This document shows positions 17,158 to 27,527 of a stretch of DNA of 64,000 nucleotides, one piece after another. Where the stretch lies: assembly GCA_029288725.1 (NCBI GenBank), contig JARIGS010000010.1:23947-87946 (forward strand), given 5' to 3'. This DNA is from Candidatus Nomurabacteria bacterium. GTDB taxonomy: Bacteria; Patescibacteriota; Minisyncoccia; Phycocordibacterales; UBA9973. How positions within the stretch are numbered: the first letter of the stretch is position 1; the number at the start of each line of letters is the position of its first letter. Position numbers and translations under genes: made by a program. The notes beneath the pieces were generated by a model that worked only from the letters and a program-made list of their open reading frames with translations, was not told the origin of the DNA and did not search any database.

Positions 17158-17158
17158 T

Positions 17159-17938
17159 ATGCAAGGTACACCAGTTTCCAAAAAAATATTGCTCGGGCTA
17201 TTGCTTGTCGTACTGGCAATCATCGGCGCATTGTTCTATGCACATCGCGCTTCCAATGTTGTCGTGGCACCGGTCAATGAAAACACTCCCATGCCTGCGG
17301 CCGGCGACTGGCCTTCTACGAAAGTCAGTGAGGCAAACATTACTGACAACAAAAGTTACTACACTATTTCTGCCGTCTATCCTGTAACCAGGGATGCCGT
17401 CATTACCGGCTACTTCAAGACCTTTGTCGAGCAGGCCATTGCACAGTTTAAGGATGACACCTCATGGGCGGCAACTGATGCAAGTACTGCACCAGCAGAA
17501 GCGGCCGCACTAACGCTCAACATTACTTATACCGAACAGAAGGGTACCTATGCCGACAACTATATCTTTTCAACTACAACCTATACTGGCGGTGCTCACG
17601 GCCTTGCATCAACCAAGACCTTTTCATTCTCCTCAACTGGTCAGCTGGTCTCGCTTAGCTCACTGTTTACCAATGGCTTGAACGGCCTCAAGACTGTTGC
17701 ACCATATGTGAAGTCACAATTGGCAAGCACGCTGCCCGCCGGTGATCAGTCATTTATCGATAGTGGCACCGAGGCAACACAGGACAACTATCAAAGCTTC
17801 GTCGTGTCAGACGATGGCGTACTCTTTATGTTTGACCCATATCAGGTCGCACCGTACTCAGACGGTCAGCAAAGCGTCAAAGTACCACTAACAGTATTCC
17901 GCAGCATCGCCAGCCCCGATATCTTTCCTACTCGGTAG
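17159..17938 (+). CDS. membrane-anchored DUF4163/DUF3298-like protein
   Basis: N-terminal TM, YPVT...ITGYF...F pattern. Confidence 0.5.
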   Translation: MQGTPVSKKILLGLLLVVLAIIGALFYAHRASNVVVAPVNENTPMPAAGDWPSTKVSEANITDNKSYYTISAVYPVTRDAVITGYFKTFVEQAIAQFKDDTSWAATDASTAPAEAAALTLNITYTEQKGTYADNYIFSTTTYTGGAHGLASTKTFSFSSTGQLVSLSSLFTNGLNGLKTVAPYVKSQLASTLPAGDQSFIDSGTEATQDNYQSFVVSDDGVLFMFDPYQVAPYSDGQQSVKVPLTVFRSIASPDIFPTR

Positions 17939-18995
17939 TGCGCTCGATTGGACTGACATCCACCAACAATGGTTCTATGTCATTGCCTGAACCGGTAATG
18001 CGCATGACATCCTTGTCCACCTTTTTCAATTCCTTGCCGGCATTGCTGTAATGATTGACGACAGTCGTGAGAGAATTACCAATCTTGTTATGGTATTCCT
18101 CATATGACTTCAAATGCTTGCCCAATTCCTCAACGCGCTTGACGATATCCTTGGCGCTTTCCTCGATTTGCATTGCACGCAATCCCTGAAGGACGGTCTG
18201 AAGGTATGCCAAAAATGATGTTGGAGAAACGATAATGACCTTCTTTTCAAATGCGTACTGGACCAAGTCCTGAGTGTTGACCTTGATGCTGCCGACTTCC
18301 GCTACCAATAAATCATAATAAATGGATTCGTGAGGGATGAACATAAACGCAAAGTCGAGGGTATTCTCAGCCGGACGGATGTATTTGGAAGTCTCATCAA
18401 TGCGCTTCTTGATATCCTTGCGGAATTCGTTTACAAACTGCTCGGCATCACTGCCGTTTTGATTTGATTCAATGATGCGGTTGTAGTTTTCCAGTGAGAA
18501 CTTTGAGTCAACGGGAATAATTTTATCTTTAACCATCACGACGGCATCTACAATCTCACCGTTATTGAACTTGTATTGTGTCTGAAATGTTTTTGGCGGA
18601 AGGACCTTGGAGAGGATTGTTTCCAAATAGTATTCACCGAGGATGGTGCCGCGCTGCTTAGGGTTTTTCAAAATATCTTGAAGATTGCGAAGCTGATCGG
18701 CAAAGCCAATGACCTGCTTGTTACCCTCATCGAGACGAGTGAGACGTTCGGTGATATCACTGATGATGCTGTTTGAGACAGCGGACTGGTGCATCATTGA
18801 TTCACGAATGCTTTTTTCTGATTCGCCCAGCTTCTGGTCAACGGTCTTTTGCAGCTCACTGACCTGCTGCATGAGCAATTGAAAGCCCGTAGTGTTGTCT
18901 TCTTTAGTAACTGGCTCGCCGCCTTTTCGTTCGGCAAAAAGATAGACGATCACGCCTCCGCCGACTAGCCCAATGAGTATGTAGAGTAATTGCAT
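17928..18995 (-). CDS. rmuC: DNA recombination protein RmuC
   Basis: N-terminal TM plus coiled coil, conserved RmuC C-terminal region (FMFIPHESIYYDLL...VIIVSPTSFLAYLQ). Confidence 0.85.
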   Translation of the reverse strand: MQLLYILIGLVGGGVIVYLFAERKGGEPVTKEDNTTGFQLLMQQVSELQKTVDQKLGESEKSIRESMMHQSAVSNSIISDITERLTRLDEGNKQVIGFADQLRNLQDILKNPKQRGTILGEYYLETILSKVLPPKTFQTQYKFNNGEIVDAVVMVKDKIIPVDSKFSLENYNRIIESNQNGSDAEQFVNEFRKDIKKRIDETSKYIRPAENTLDFAFMFIPHESIYYDLLVAEVGSIKVNTQDLVQYAFEKKVIIVSPTSFLAYLQTVLQGLRAMQIEESAKDIVKRVEELGKHLKSYEEYHNKIGNSLTTVVNHYSNAGKELKKVDKDVMRITGSGNDIEPLLVDVSPIERTTE

Positions 18996-18996
18996 G

Positions 18997-19716
18997 TTAT
19001 TTTACGTATTTTTCTAATGTATAAATCCAGTCCGTTTCGTCCTTGTCACTTTTGCGCTTCTGGTCAAGCAGCCAGGAAAGGTAGCCGATGTCCATTGATG
19101 CCACTTCGGCCACGGTCTTGCCATTGTATTTGCCGAAGTTGATGGTCTTGATTGCCAATGGCTCGTTGGTAACAGCCATCATTTTTTGTAGGGCAGTAGC
19201 TTCATCACAATTCCAGGCCTTCATTGCTTCCTGTAATTCATATTCGAACAACTGTTCAAGGACCAGGACATCTGCCATTGCCTCATGAGCGGGAACATCG
19301 AGTTCCATGCCGAGGGCATAGCGCAGGTATTGCAGCTTGTGCATTGAAAAGCGACCCTCATTATCGAGTTCGCGGATAACCTTGAAGGTGCAGAGCAGAT
19401 TCTTGATGGTGATGTCATCATTCTTTAAAATCTGCTGATCAAATGGGGCATTGTGAGCGACGCAAATGGTGTCATCACTTTCAAGTAATGCCTTAAGCTC
19501 AGCGTATTCTGCTGCGTCCTTAAATGACGGGCGATTAGCAACCATGGGGTTGGAAATATGGTGAATGGCAGAGCATTCGAAGGGGATTGGCACTGGTGGC
19601 TTGTAGAGGGCATTGACGATTGGTTCGTCCGCACCGCGTTCCTTGATTGCCAATTGGCACAAGTAATCACCGGTACCATTTCCTGTTGTTTCTGTATCAA
19701 AAAAGACTATCTTCAT
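18997..19716 (-). CDS. DnaQ-like 3'-5' exonuclease (DEDDh; ExoX/Pol III epsilon-like)
   Basis: KIVFFDTETTG (Exo I), VAHNAPFD (Exo II), HEAMADV (Exo III). Start at MKIVFF (19716). Confidence 0.8.
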   Translation of the reverse strand: MKIVFFDTETTGNGTGDYLCQLAIKERGADEPIVNALYKPPVPIPFECSAIHHISNPMVANRPSFKDAAEYAELKALLESDDTICVAHNAPFDQQILKNDDITIKNLLCTFKVIRELDNEGRFSMHKLQYLRYALGMELDVPAHEAMADVLVLEQLFEYELQEAMKAWNCDEATALQKMMAVTNEPLAIKTINFGKYNGKTVAEVASMDIGYLSWLLDQKRKSDKDETDWIYTLEKYVK

Positions 19717-19747
19717 GCACCTATTGTACCATGCTATAATTCGGCAT

Positions 19748-20203
19748 ATGACAATTGCAACACAAGTACGAGAAGACATGAAGCAGGCAATGCGCGACAA
19801 GGACCAGGTAGCGCTCGATACCTATCGTGGTGTGCTCAGTGCCTTTACCAATGAATTGGTCACTAATGGCAAGACGCCACAGGATGAAGTAACTGACGAT
19901 AGTGCATTGAAGGTGATTGTGAAGCTGATCAAGCAGCGCAAGGATGCCATTGCTCAGTTTGAAGCGGGAGGTAGGGCAGATCTTGCTGAGGAAGAAAAGA
20001 AACAACTCGCCTTGCTTGAGAAATTTCAGCCAGCGCAAATGAGCGAAGCCGACATTCGCGTCATTGCAGAAAGGAAAAAGGCCGAGCTCAATGTTACTGA
20101 CAAAGCCAAGGCCGGCATTCTCACCGGTGCGGTCATGAAGGAAGTCTCCGGCCAAGCCGATGGTGGTACCGTGAAGGCGATAGTGGAAAGTTTGTTTGAA
20201 TAA
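19748..20203 (+). CDS. GatB/YqeY domain protein
   Basis: MTIATQVREDMKQAMRDKDQVALDTYRGVLSAF... typical YqeY. Confidence 0.85.
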   Translation: MTIATQVREDMKQAMRDKDQVALDTYRGVLSAFTNELVTNGKTPQDEVTDDSALKVIVKLIKQRKDAIAQFEAGGRADLAEEEKKQLALLEKFQPAQMSEADIRVIAERKKAELNVTDKAKAGILTGAVMKEVSGQADGGTVKAIVESLFE

Positions 20204-20223
20204 GGAATTCACCGCCCCATCTC

Positions 20224-20317
20224 ACAAAACCACCCCCTCCACGGTACGCATAATTTTCTGCTGAAAATTTGCTCGGTCTCGGGCCAACCCTGCGAAGCCT
20301 GCTCCGGGAGTGTTTTG
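20224..20317. repeat. 94-nt intergenic repeat, copy 1 (core ACGCATAATTTTCTGCTGAAAATTTGCTCGGTCTCGGGCCA...)
   Basis: ~85% identical to 36726..36819. Contains hairpin AATTTTC-TGCTG-GAAAATT. Followed by promoter TTGCTC-17-TATAAT (20315-20343). Confidence 0.6.
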
Positions 20318-20349
20318 CTCGGTGGCGTTGCGAATGCTATAATTTTTGC

Positions 20350-20682
20350 ATGATATTACTTCGCTGGTTTATTACGACGCTTGCAATCTTTGCATTGCCA
20401 TTTTTTGTTGCCGGTATCGGTGTGAATAGTATTCTTACTGCCGTGATTGTGGCAGCCTGCCTGGTCTTCCTGAACATGGTGGTCAAGCCGATCATTACCT
20501 TGCTGACATTGCCGTTGAACATCATTACCCTGGGATTGTTTTCAATCATTATCAATGGCGCATTCTTCTGGTTCGTTGCCCAGATCATCACGGGCTTCAC
20601 TGTTGCCTCATTTGTCGCTGCCATCATCGGTGCCTTTGTGATCTCGATTATCAACTGGATTATCAATCATTTCATCGACTAA
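20350..20682 (+). CDS. 4-TM membrane protein, YvlD/phage-holin-4-like
   Basis: MILLRWFITTLAIFALPFF...; the ORF-track N-terminal extension comes from a TTG inside the repeat. Confidence 0.6.
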   Translation: MILLRWFITTLAIFALPFFVAGIGVNSILTAVIVAACLVFLNMVVKPIITLLTLPLNIITLGLFSIIINGAFFWFVAQIITGFTVASFVAAIIGAFVISIINWIINHFID

Positions 20683-20683
20683 T

Positions 20684-21568
20684 ATGGAACCATTACGCAT
20701 TGTGGCACATGACGGTACCTTCCATACCGATGATGTCTTTGCTTGTGCGGCATTGTCACTGTACTTCAAGGATCGCGAGCTGGAGATCACTCGTTCCCGC
20801 AATGAGCAGATCATTGCTCAGGCTGATATCGTTGTTGATGTTGGCGGGATCTACGATCCGGAAAAGGGAAGGTTTGACCATCATCAACAGGGTGGAGCAG
20901 GCACTCGCGACAACGGCATTCCGTATGCGTCATTCGGACTGGTCTGGAAGTCATACGGTGCGGCTCTTGCCGGCAATGAGGCATCAGCAAAGTTTATTGA
21001 TGAGCAGTTAGTCCAAGGCATTGATGGTGCTGACAATGGTGTCTTGAACAAGGTCGCTGACAATGGCGTCTATTGCTACTCAGTCATCGATATCATCTCT
21101 GCCATGCGCAAGACGTGGGAAGAATCCCAAACCATGGACGAGGCATTCATGGAAGCCGTGAACATGGCAACCATTATTTTGGATCGCATGATCGCGCATG
21201 CGACCAGCTATGCTCATGCCCAGGGTATTTTGGAGACTGCCTATACCCAGTCAGCTGACAAGCAGATTATCGATATCGGTACTGAATATCCCGGCTGGTA
21301 TGAAGTGATGGCAAATCATCCGGAGCCGTTATTTGTGGTCTATCAGCGTGAGGATGGGAACTGGAGTGCCAAGGCTGTTCGTAGCAACCCGATGGAATTT
21401 GCCGCTCGGAAGCTGTTTCCTGAAGCCTGGGCTGGTTTACGGGATGAAGAATTGCAGGCTGCCTCAGGGGTTGTCGATGCAATCTTTTGTCACAATGGTC
21501 GTTTTATTGCCGTAGCTCATAGTCGTGCCGGAGCCATTGAGCTTGCCCAAAAGGCAATTTCCCTATAG
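20684..21568 (+). CDS. MYG1/UPF0160 family metal-dependent hydrolase
   Basis: IVAHDGTFHTDDVFACA...GRFDHHQ. Confidence 0.8.
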   Translation: MEPLRIVAHDGTFHTDDVFACAALSLYFKDRELEITRSRNEQIIAQADIVVDVGGIYDPEKGRFDHHQQGGAGTRDNGIPYASFGLVWKSYGAALAGNEASAKFIDEQLVQGIDGADNGVLNKVADNGVYCYSVIDIISAMRKTWEESQTMDEAFMEAVNMATIILDRMIAHATSYAHAQGILETAYTQSADKQIIDIGTEYPGWYEVMANHPEPLFVVYQREDGNWSAKAVRSNPMEFAARKLFPEAWAGLRDEELQAASGVVDAIFCHNGRFIAVAHSRAGAIELAQKAISL

Positions 21569-21604
21569 GATGCAAGGACTTATAGATACTCACTATAGAC
21601 ATAT

Positions 21605-22594
21605 ATGGCTTTTTTAGATGAAATTACAATTACAGCGAAAGCGGGAAACGGCGGCGACGGCGTGGTTCGTTGGCGCAGGGAAAAATTTATTGCTAAGGGT
21701 GGTCCTAACGGCGGCGACGGTGGTCGTGGGGGACATGTCTATATCAGAGCAGTCCGCAGCTTTCGCGTCCTTGACCAGTATCGCAGCAAGAAGGAATTCT
21801 TTGCCGAGGATGGTAAACCAGGGAGCAGTCGCAGTTATACCGGTGCTGACGGCAATCGTCTAACCATTGATTTTCCCGTTGGCTCTGTCGTGACCAATGT
21901 CACCAATGGCATGGTCTATGACCTCAATAAGGAGGGGCAGGAATTTAAGATCCTGACTGGAGGAAATGGCGGCTACGGTAACGAGCATTTCAAAAGTTCT
22001 ACCAACCAGGCTCCTGAAAAGGCGACGAAGGGCTGGCCGGGCGAGGAGGCAGAGCTGCACATCGTCATCTCACTTATTGCCGATGTCGGGCTGATTGGTT
22101 TTCCCAATGCCGGCAAGTCCAGTCTTTTGAATGTCCTTACGAATGCCCAAGCGAAGGTTGGTGATTATCCGTTTACTACACTTGATCCAAACCTCGGTGA
22201 TTTGTACGGCTATATCATTGCTGATATCCCTGGCTTGATTGAAGGGGCAAGCGAAGGCAAAGGACTCGGTCACACATTCCTTCGGCACATTTCAAAAACA
22301 AAAGTCCTCGTTCATCTCATTTCATTTGAGCAGCCAAATATGATGAAGGCATATGAGACTATTCGCAGTGAATTGGAAAAGTACGAAGGAAACCTCGACC
22401 AGAAGGATGAAATTATTTTGCTGACAAAAACTGATACCGTGCCACCGGAAGTAGTGGAAGCGACAGTGAAGAAATTTGAAAAGCTCAATAAGCCAGTATT
22501 TGCCGTCACCCTGTTTGATGATAGTAGCGTTAAGGATTTCAGCGATGACTTGGTGCGATTTTTGAAGAAAGAAATTGTTTCAGAAGAAAAATAA
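21605..22594 (+). CDS. obg: GTPase Obg
   Basis: Gly-rich Obg fold GNGGDGVV...GGPNGGDGGRGG, G-domain GFPNAGKSSLL. Confidence 0.95.
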   Translation: MAFLDEITITAKAGNGGDGVVRWRREKFIAKGGPNGGDGGRGGHVYIRAVRSFRVLDQYRSKKEFFAEDGKPGSSRSYTGADGNRLTIDFPVGSVVTNVTNGMVYDLNKEGQEFKILTGGNGGYGNEHFKSSTNQAPEKATKGWPGEEAELHIVISLIADVGLIGFPNAGKSSLLNVLTNAQAKVGDYPFTTLDPNLGDLYGYIIADIPGLIEGASEGKGLGHTFLRHISKTKVLVHLISFEQPNMMKAYETIRSELEKYEGNLDQKDEIILLTKTDTVPPEVVEATVKKFEKLNKPVFAVTLFDDSSVKDFSDDLVRFLKKEIVSEEK

Positions 22595-22598
22595 AAAA

Positions 22599-22625
22599 GC
22601 CCCTCACGTGTTGGGGCTTTTTTTG
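22599..22625 (+). terminator. Rho-independent terminator after obg
   Basis: GCCCC-N9-GGGGC + T8. Confidence 0.7.
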
Positions 22626-23026
22626 GTGTGCTTTCTTTAATGTTTTTTAGGTAGGCTGTAGGCTAATTCACTGATAGTGAGGAATCATCATCTTCTTCAT
22701 CAGATAGTTCGTCCTCTCGTTGTTGGTCATCGGTCAAAAAGGCGAGCCGTGTGCTTAGAAAATCTCTGTTTCTAAGGGCGTTGGTCTTCTTTTTAACCGG
22801 GGGAACATGACTCAATGCAATGTCCTGAACTAGCCCAGCGAACTCTTCTCGGACTTCGCTGCCAATACTGCTTAAATGTTGTGCATACATAAAGAAAGTT
22901 TTTAAATTATTTATTTTCCCTTATAGTACTACTCTCAAAAAAAGAGTCAATATCTGCTGAATATTTTCAATTTTCATGTATAATTCCAACGTCGCATAAA
23001 GCTATGTCGGACAAAGCATTCCCTAT

Positions 23027-24433
23027 ATGAAAACCTACTATCCCATTATTGGCTTGGAAATCCATGCCGAACTCAATACCAAGAGCAAGATGTTCTGTGC
23101 CTGCAAGAACGACCCGGACGAGACTACTCCAAACGTCAATATCTGTCCGATTTGCATGGCTCATCCAGGAACATTGCCGGTAGCCAATAAGCAGGCTATT
23201 GAGTCAGTGATCAAGGTTGGGTTGGCCCTCGGTTCAACCATTGCCGACTTCACTGAGTTTGACCGTAAGAACTATTTCTATCCTGACATTCCCAAGGGCT
23301 ATCAAATCTCGCAATACAAATATCCGATTGTGTCTGGCGGTACCCTTAACGGCTTCGGTATTACCCGTATCCACTTGGAAGAAGATACTGGCCTCTCAAA
23401 GCATGATCGTGGTAACTTCACGCTTGTTGACTACAATCGCGCTGGCGTACCACTGATGGAGCTGGTGACCGAACCGGTTATTCATAGTGCCAAGGACGCA
23501 GCGGACTTCGCCAAGGAATTGCAATTGCTTCTTCGTACGCTTGGCGTGTCAGAAGCAAATTTGGAAAAAGGCGAGATGCGTGTTGAGCCGAACATTTCCA
23601 TTTCTGATAAGGAAGGAGTATTTGGGACGAAAGTTGAAGTGAAAAATTTGAACTCTTTTAAAAGTGTTGAGAAGGCGATTGAATATGAATTGTCACGCAT
23701 GCAAGCACTGTATGAGGCGGGACGACAGGATGAAATCGTTCAGGAAACACGCGGCTGGGATGAGGCAAAGCAGACAACGTTCTCACAGCGCTCAAAGGAA
23801 AATGCACATGACTATCGCTATTTCCCTGATCCTGACCTGCCAAAGATGCAATTGCATAGTGCATTTGATATTGATGCAATGAAAAATGCATTACCAGAAT
23901 TGCCGAATGCAAAACGATCCCGCTATGCGAACGATTTTGGCATTAAGGCCAATGACATTGAACTGTATGTGACCGACCCAACGCTCTCCGCGTATTTTGA
24001 ATCAGTGGTTGAGGGCAAGGATGCAACATTTGCCCAACTTGCATCAAACTATCTGAGCAGTGATGTGCTTGGATTGATGAAAAAGGATACAGAAGCTCAG
24101 CTTCCAAAAAAGGAATTATTCATTGAATTGATCAGTATGGCAGCCAATGGTGAGATAACTTCTCGCGGTGCCAAGGATATTTTGGCAGTGATTGTAAAAG
24201 AAAATCAGTCACCAAAGGCGATTGCGGAAAAGGAAGGATTGCTCCAACAGAACAATGAAGATGATTTGAAGCCGATCATCCAACAGGTTATCACTGACAA
24301 TGCTGCAATGGTAACGCAATACAAGGAAGGGAAGGAGGTCGTGCTCCAAGCCCTTGTCGGCATGGTGATGAAAGCCACGAAGGGAAGTGCCAATCCGGTA
24401 ATCGCAGCGAAGTTGTTAAAGGAATTGATGTAA
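23027..24433 (+). CDS. gatB: Asp-tRNA(Asn)/Glu-tRNA(Gln) amidotransferase subunit B
   Basis: MKTYYPIIGLEIHAELNTKSKMFC... Confidence 0.95.
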   Translation: MKTYYPIIGLEIHAELNTKSKMFCACKNDPDETTPNVNICPICMAHPGTLPVANKQAIESVIKVGLALGSTIADFTEFDRKNYFYPDIPKGYQISQYKYPIVSGGTLNGFGITRIHLEEDTGLSKHDRGNFTLVDYNRAGVPLMELVTEPVIHSAKDAADFAKELQLLLRTLGVSEANLEKGEMRVEPNISISDKEGVFGTKVEVKNLNSFKSVEKAIEYELSRMQALYEAGRQDEIVQETRGWDEAKQTTFSQRSKENAHDYRYFPDPDLPKMQLHSAFDIDAMKNALPELPNAKRSRYANDFGIKANDIELYVTDPTLSAYFESVVEGKDATFAQLASNYLSSDVLGLMKKDTEAQLPKKELFIELISMAANGEITSRGAKDILAVIVKENQSPKAIAEKEGLLQQNNEDDLKPIIQQVITDNAAMVTQYKEGKEVVLQALVGMVMKATKGSANPVIAAKLLKELM

Positions 24434-24435
24434 AT

Positions 24436-24471
24436 AAAAAAAGGTTACGACGTCGTCGTAACCTTTTTGCA
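24436..24471. terminator. bidirectional terminator hairpin between gatB and 24477..24857
   Basis: A7-GGTTACGACG/CGTCGTAACC-T5. Confidence 0.7.
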
Positions 24472-24476
24472 CGCAC

Positions 24477-24857
24477 TTAAAGTAACGTAAGGGTAAGGAG
24501 GAATACATACTCGAAAGAACCCTCTTCCGCTCTCTTGGTCTGTACTTTTACCCCAACAAGCACGTTGCTGAGTGTCTGCATGCAAATACTAAATTCTTGA
24601 TAGGTCATTCCCAGATTTTTTAAATCTTCTTCGGTTATCTCTACCTTTTCGACTGAAAACGGTGCGCGGTTTTTCTTGAAATGGTCACACAATAAGTTGT
24701 TCACCGCCTTTTCAAACTGCTGTGAGGTGGTGCCGTTATTGATGTATGCCTTATAAGCAATCACCGCGTTTTTAACATCATCTTTTACCGACCAGGTATA
24801 AGGAATGGAGCTTTCAGGATGCTCTTTAATATCGATATTCTTTGGCAATGTACTCAT
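24477..24857 (-). CDS. hypothetical protein
   Basis: 126-aa ORF with a terminator downstream. Confidence 0.35.
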   Translation of the reverse strand: MSTLPKNIDIKEHPESSIPYTWSVKDDVKNAVIAYKAYINNGTTSQQFEKAVNNLLCDHFKKNRAPFSVEKVEITEEDLKNLGMTYQEFSICMQTLSNVLVGVKVQTKRAEEGSFEYVFLLTLTLL

Positions 24858-24948
24858 TATTTCGGTTCTATTTCTTTTACCTTACCATTTAAATATTGTG
24901 TGTCAATATTCCACAAGAGTCCATATCATAAGGTGCTATACTATCTGC

Positions 24949-25986
24949 ATGGATACAACACAAACAATCAAAGTGGCTATTAATGGATTTGGACGCATCG
25001 GTCGAGCTTTTTTGAAGGTAGCATGGCTTCGCCCGGAAATTGAAATCGTGGCAGTGAACGATCTCGGTTCAATCGACAGCTTGGCCTACCTTCTTCGCCA
25101 TGACACGGTCTATCACGGCTGGGATCATGACGTACAGATCAGTGGCACCGACCTTGTTATTGATGGCAAAACGGTGAAGTTCATTTCTGAAAAGGATACC
25201 ACTAAGTTACCGTGGAAGGACCTTGGTATCGATGTTGTCGTTGAATCAACCGGCCTCTTTACCGCATATGACAAGGCTAAGTTCCACATCGATGACGGTG
25301 CCAAGAAGGTCGTCATCTCGGCTCCTTCAAAGGGTGGTGATGGTTCAGTCCAGGGCGAAACCATTCTCCTCGGTGTGAACGAAGACAAATTCGGTACTTG
25401 CGACATCACTTCAAATGCATCATGTACGACCAATGCCTCAAGTCCATTGATCGGTATCATGAATGAAGCGATCGGTATTGAAAAAGCAATTTTGAATACT
25501 GTTCATGGCTACACCGCCTCACAAGCACTCGTTGATGGTCCAAGCAAGAAAGACCTTCGTGAAGGTCGTGCCGCTGCACAGAACATCGTGCCAAGTTCAA
25601 CTGGTGCGGCTATTGCCGTAACGATGGCTTATCCTGAACTCACTGGTTTGTTTGACGGTATCTCTATCCGCGTGCCAGTACCAGCAGGCTCTATCGTCGA
25701 TGTGACCTTCATCGCAAAGCGTCCAACTACTGCCGAAGAGGTGAATGCCATCCTTACCAAAGCTGCTGCTGACCCTCGCTGGGCCGGCGTTTTTGCCGTC
25801 ACCAGCGAACCACTGGTTTCAAGTGACATTCTCGGCAACCGCCATGCTTCCATTGCAGACCTTGCTATGACCCGCGTCGTCGGCGGCAACCTCGTCAAAG
25901 TGATGGGGTGGTACGACAACGAGTACGGCTATACTCATACTTTGGTAGACCACGTTATTAAAACAGGAAAGACTATTCAAAAATAA
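24949..25986 (+). CDS. gap: glyceraldehyde-3-phosphate dehydrogenase
   Basis: IKVAINGFGRIGR, SNASCTTN (active Cys). Start ATG at 24949; the ORF-track N-terminal extension was rejected. Confidence 0.95.
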   Translation: MDTTQTIKVAINGFGRIGRAFLKVAWLRPEIEIVAVNDLGSIDSLAYLLRHDTVYHGWDHDVQISGTDLVIDGKTVKFISEKDTTKLPWKDLGIDVVVESTGLFTAYDKAKFHIDDGAKKVVISAPSKGGDGSVQGETILLGVNEDKFGTCDITSNASCTTNASSPLIGIMNEAIGIEKAILNTVHGYTASQALVDGPSKKDLREGRAAAQNIVPSSTGAAIAVTMAYPELTGLFDGISIRVPVPAGSIVDVTFIAKRPTTAEEVNAILTKAAADPRWAGVFAVTSEPLVSSDILGNRHASIADLAMTRVVGGNLVKVMGWYDNEYGYTHTLVDHVIKTGKTIQK

Positions 25987-26616
25987 ATGGAAACTCAAAC
26001 TAATAAAGAAAAAGAGTCTAATTTATCGAGTAGAGCATTTAAATTATTAATCCGGGTTATCGTTCTTAGTGTTTTGGCGGTAACTTTTGTTGCGGGAAAT
26101 GTTTTAGGCGGAATCGGAATAATTTTTGCAGCCCTCTTTCCGTTCATAATCGGAATAGATGCCATTGTTGCAATATATGGAATTATTGTTTCTTGCTTAG
26201 ATTTTAAAAGATTTAAGAGTAAAAAATTATTAACGCCCGCAATTGTTTCAATATTGTTTGTTTTTTCGATACTAACACTGGTTGCTTCTATTTTTTTAGG
26301 AGCTTTATCAATCAATAGTTACTTGGATAACAAACGTGTTGAAGACAAGCATACTCAAGATTTTACTAATTTCGACAACCTGCCAGTCCACAAGATTGAA
26401 AGTATTTCCTGGAATGGTCAAAACTGTTTCTTTGAAATGCAGGTAGTAGGCGAGCGACCTGTAGATTTTTATCTACCCGATGTTACCTTTACTAAAACAA
26501 GCTGTGATGACATTTCAAAGAAGCTTACTGGGCAAGAAGTAGTATTAAAAAACTTTAACTCATTCGAATCAAATAATAAATTTCAAATGTATTACAACGG
26601 AGAGTTAATCAAATGA
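25987..26616 (+). CDS. hypothetical membrane protein
   Basis: Multiple TM segments; starts 1 nt after the gap stop. Confidence 0.45.
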   Translation: METQTNKEKESNLSSRAFKLLIRVIVLSVLAVTFVAGNVLGGIGIIFAALFPFIIGIDAIVAIYGIIVSCLDFKRFKSKKLLTPAIVSILFVFSILTLVASIFLGALSINSYLDNKRVEDKHTQDFTNFDNLPVHKIESISWNGQNCFFEMQVVGERPVDFYLPDVTFTKTSCDDISKKLTGQEVVLKNFNSFESNNKFQMYYNGELIK

Positions 26617-26726
26617 TGTTCGTCGTTGCTATATAAAGAAGGTGTTGGTAAGATACTGACAGGTGAGCACACGCTCGTTGCCACGCCATCAAGACAGGGA
26701 AGACTATTCGAAAGTAGATTGCCTTC

Positions 26727-26754
26727 AAAATACCCCCGCACAAGGGGGTATTTT
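26727..26754 (+). terminator. terminator hairpin (11-bp perfect stem AAAATACCCCC/GGGGGTATTTT)
   Basis: read directly. Confidence 0.6.
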
Positions 26755-27040
26755 GCTTTACTCTTTACTGTGAGTAACGTTTATTGCCATAGAAAGGGTG
26801 GCTTGCTACACTTGGGACGTATGGAAAATATGGACAAAATAATCGTTACAGAGCATGACGGGGTGCCCGAAGGAGCAACGGAATTTGCCTTTAATGATGA
26901 AGCGCAGCTTCAGGAAAAGCTTGAGTCACTTCGCATTGAACATATTGAGGCACTGCAAAATAACAATGGGGAAGAAGCTAAGAAAATAGAGGAAAAGATT
27001 AATTTTATTGAAGAACAACTTGGCTTGAACGAAGCCAAGG

Positions 27041-27526
27041 ATGCAGCCTAATATGAAAATCCACCTTGCTACTGATCACGCTGGGTTTCAACATAAGGAA
27101 GCGGTCAAGGAATACCTGATCGAGCAGGGGCTTGAGGTTATTGACCATGGGGCGGTGACGTTTGACGGTCGGGATGACTATCCGGATTTCATTGCGCCGG
27201 CGGCCCAGGCCGTCGGTATCAGCGGTGATCCACAGGTCATCGACGGACAGGTCGTGATGAGTACCGATGTCGGCATTATCTTTGGTGCGTCAGGACAGGG
27301 TGAGGCAATGGTTGCCAATCGCGTGTCGGGCGTGCGGTGTGCCGTATACTATGGCGGGCCGGTGGATATTCTGACCCTTTCTCGCGCTCACAACAATGCC
27401 AACATGCTTTCGATCGGTGCAATGTTTGTCACTGCCCAGGAAGCCATCAATGCCATTGCGATCTGGTCCGAGATCCCGTTTTCCAATGATGCCCGCGATA
27501 TTCGCCGTCTCTCAAAGTTTAAATAA
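27041..27526 (+). CDS. rpiB: ribose-5-phosphate isomerase B
   Basis: MKIHLATDHAGFQHKEAV..., RpiB/LacAB family. Confidence 0.9.
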   Translation: MQPNMKIHLATDHAGFQHKEAVKEYLIEQGLEVIDHGAVTFDGRDDYPDFIAPAAQAVGISGDPQVIDGQVVMSTDVGIIFGASGQGEAMVANRVSGVRCAVYYGGPVDILTLSRAHNNANMLSIGAMFVTAQEAINAIAIWSEIPFSNDARDIRRLSKFK

Positions 27527-27527
27527 T

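Noticed and set aside
20269-20349. N-terminal extensions MLGLGP... of the ORFs at 20269 and 36771
   Set aside because: Both start at an in-frame TTG inside the 94-nt intergenic repeat. The real starts are the ATGs at 20350 (preceded by TTGCTC-17-TATAAT) and 36840 (RF1 N-terminus).
22663-22890. 75-aa minus-strand ORF between the obg terminator and gatB
   Set aside because: Highly acidic low-complexity translation with no start context or terminator of its own, so it was left uncalled.
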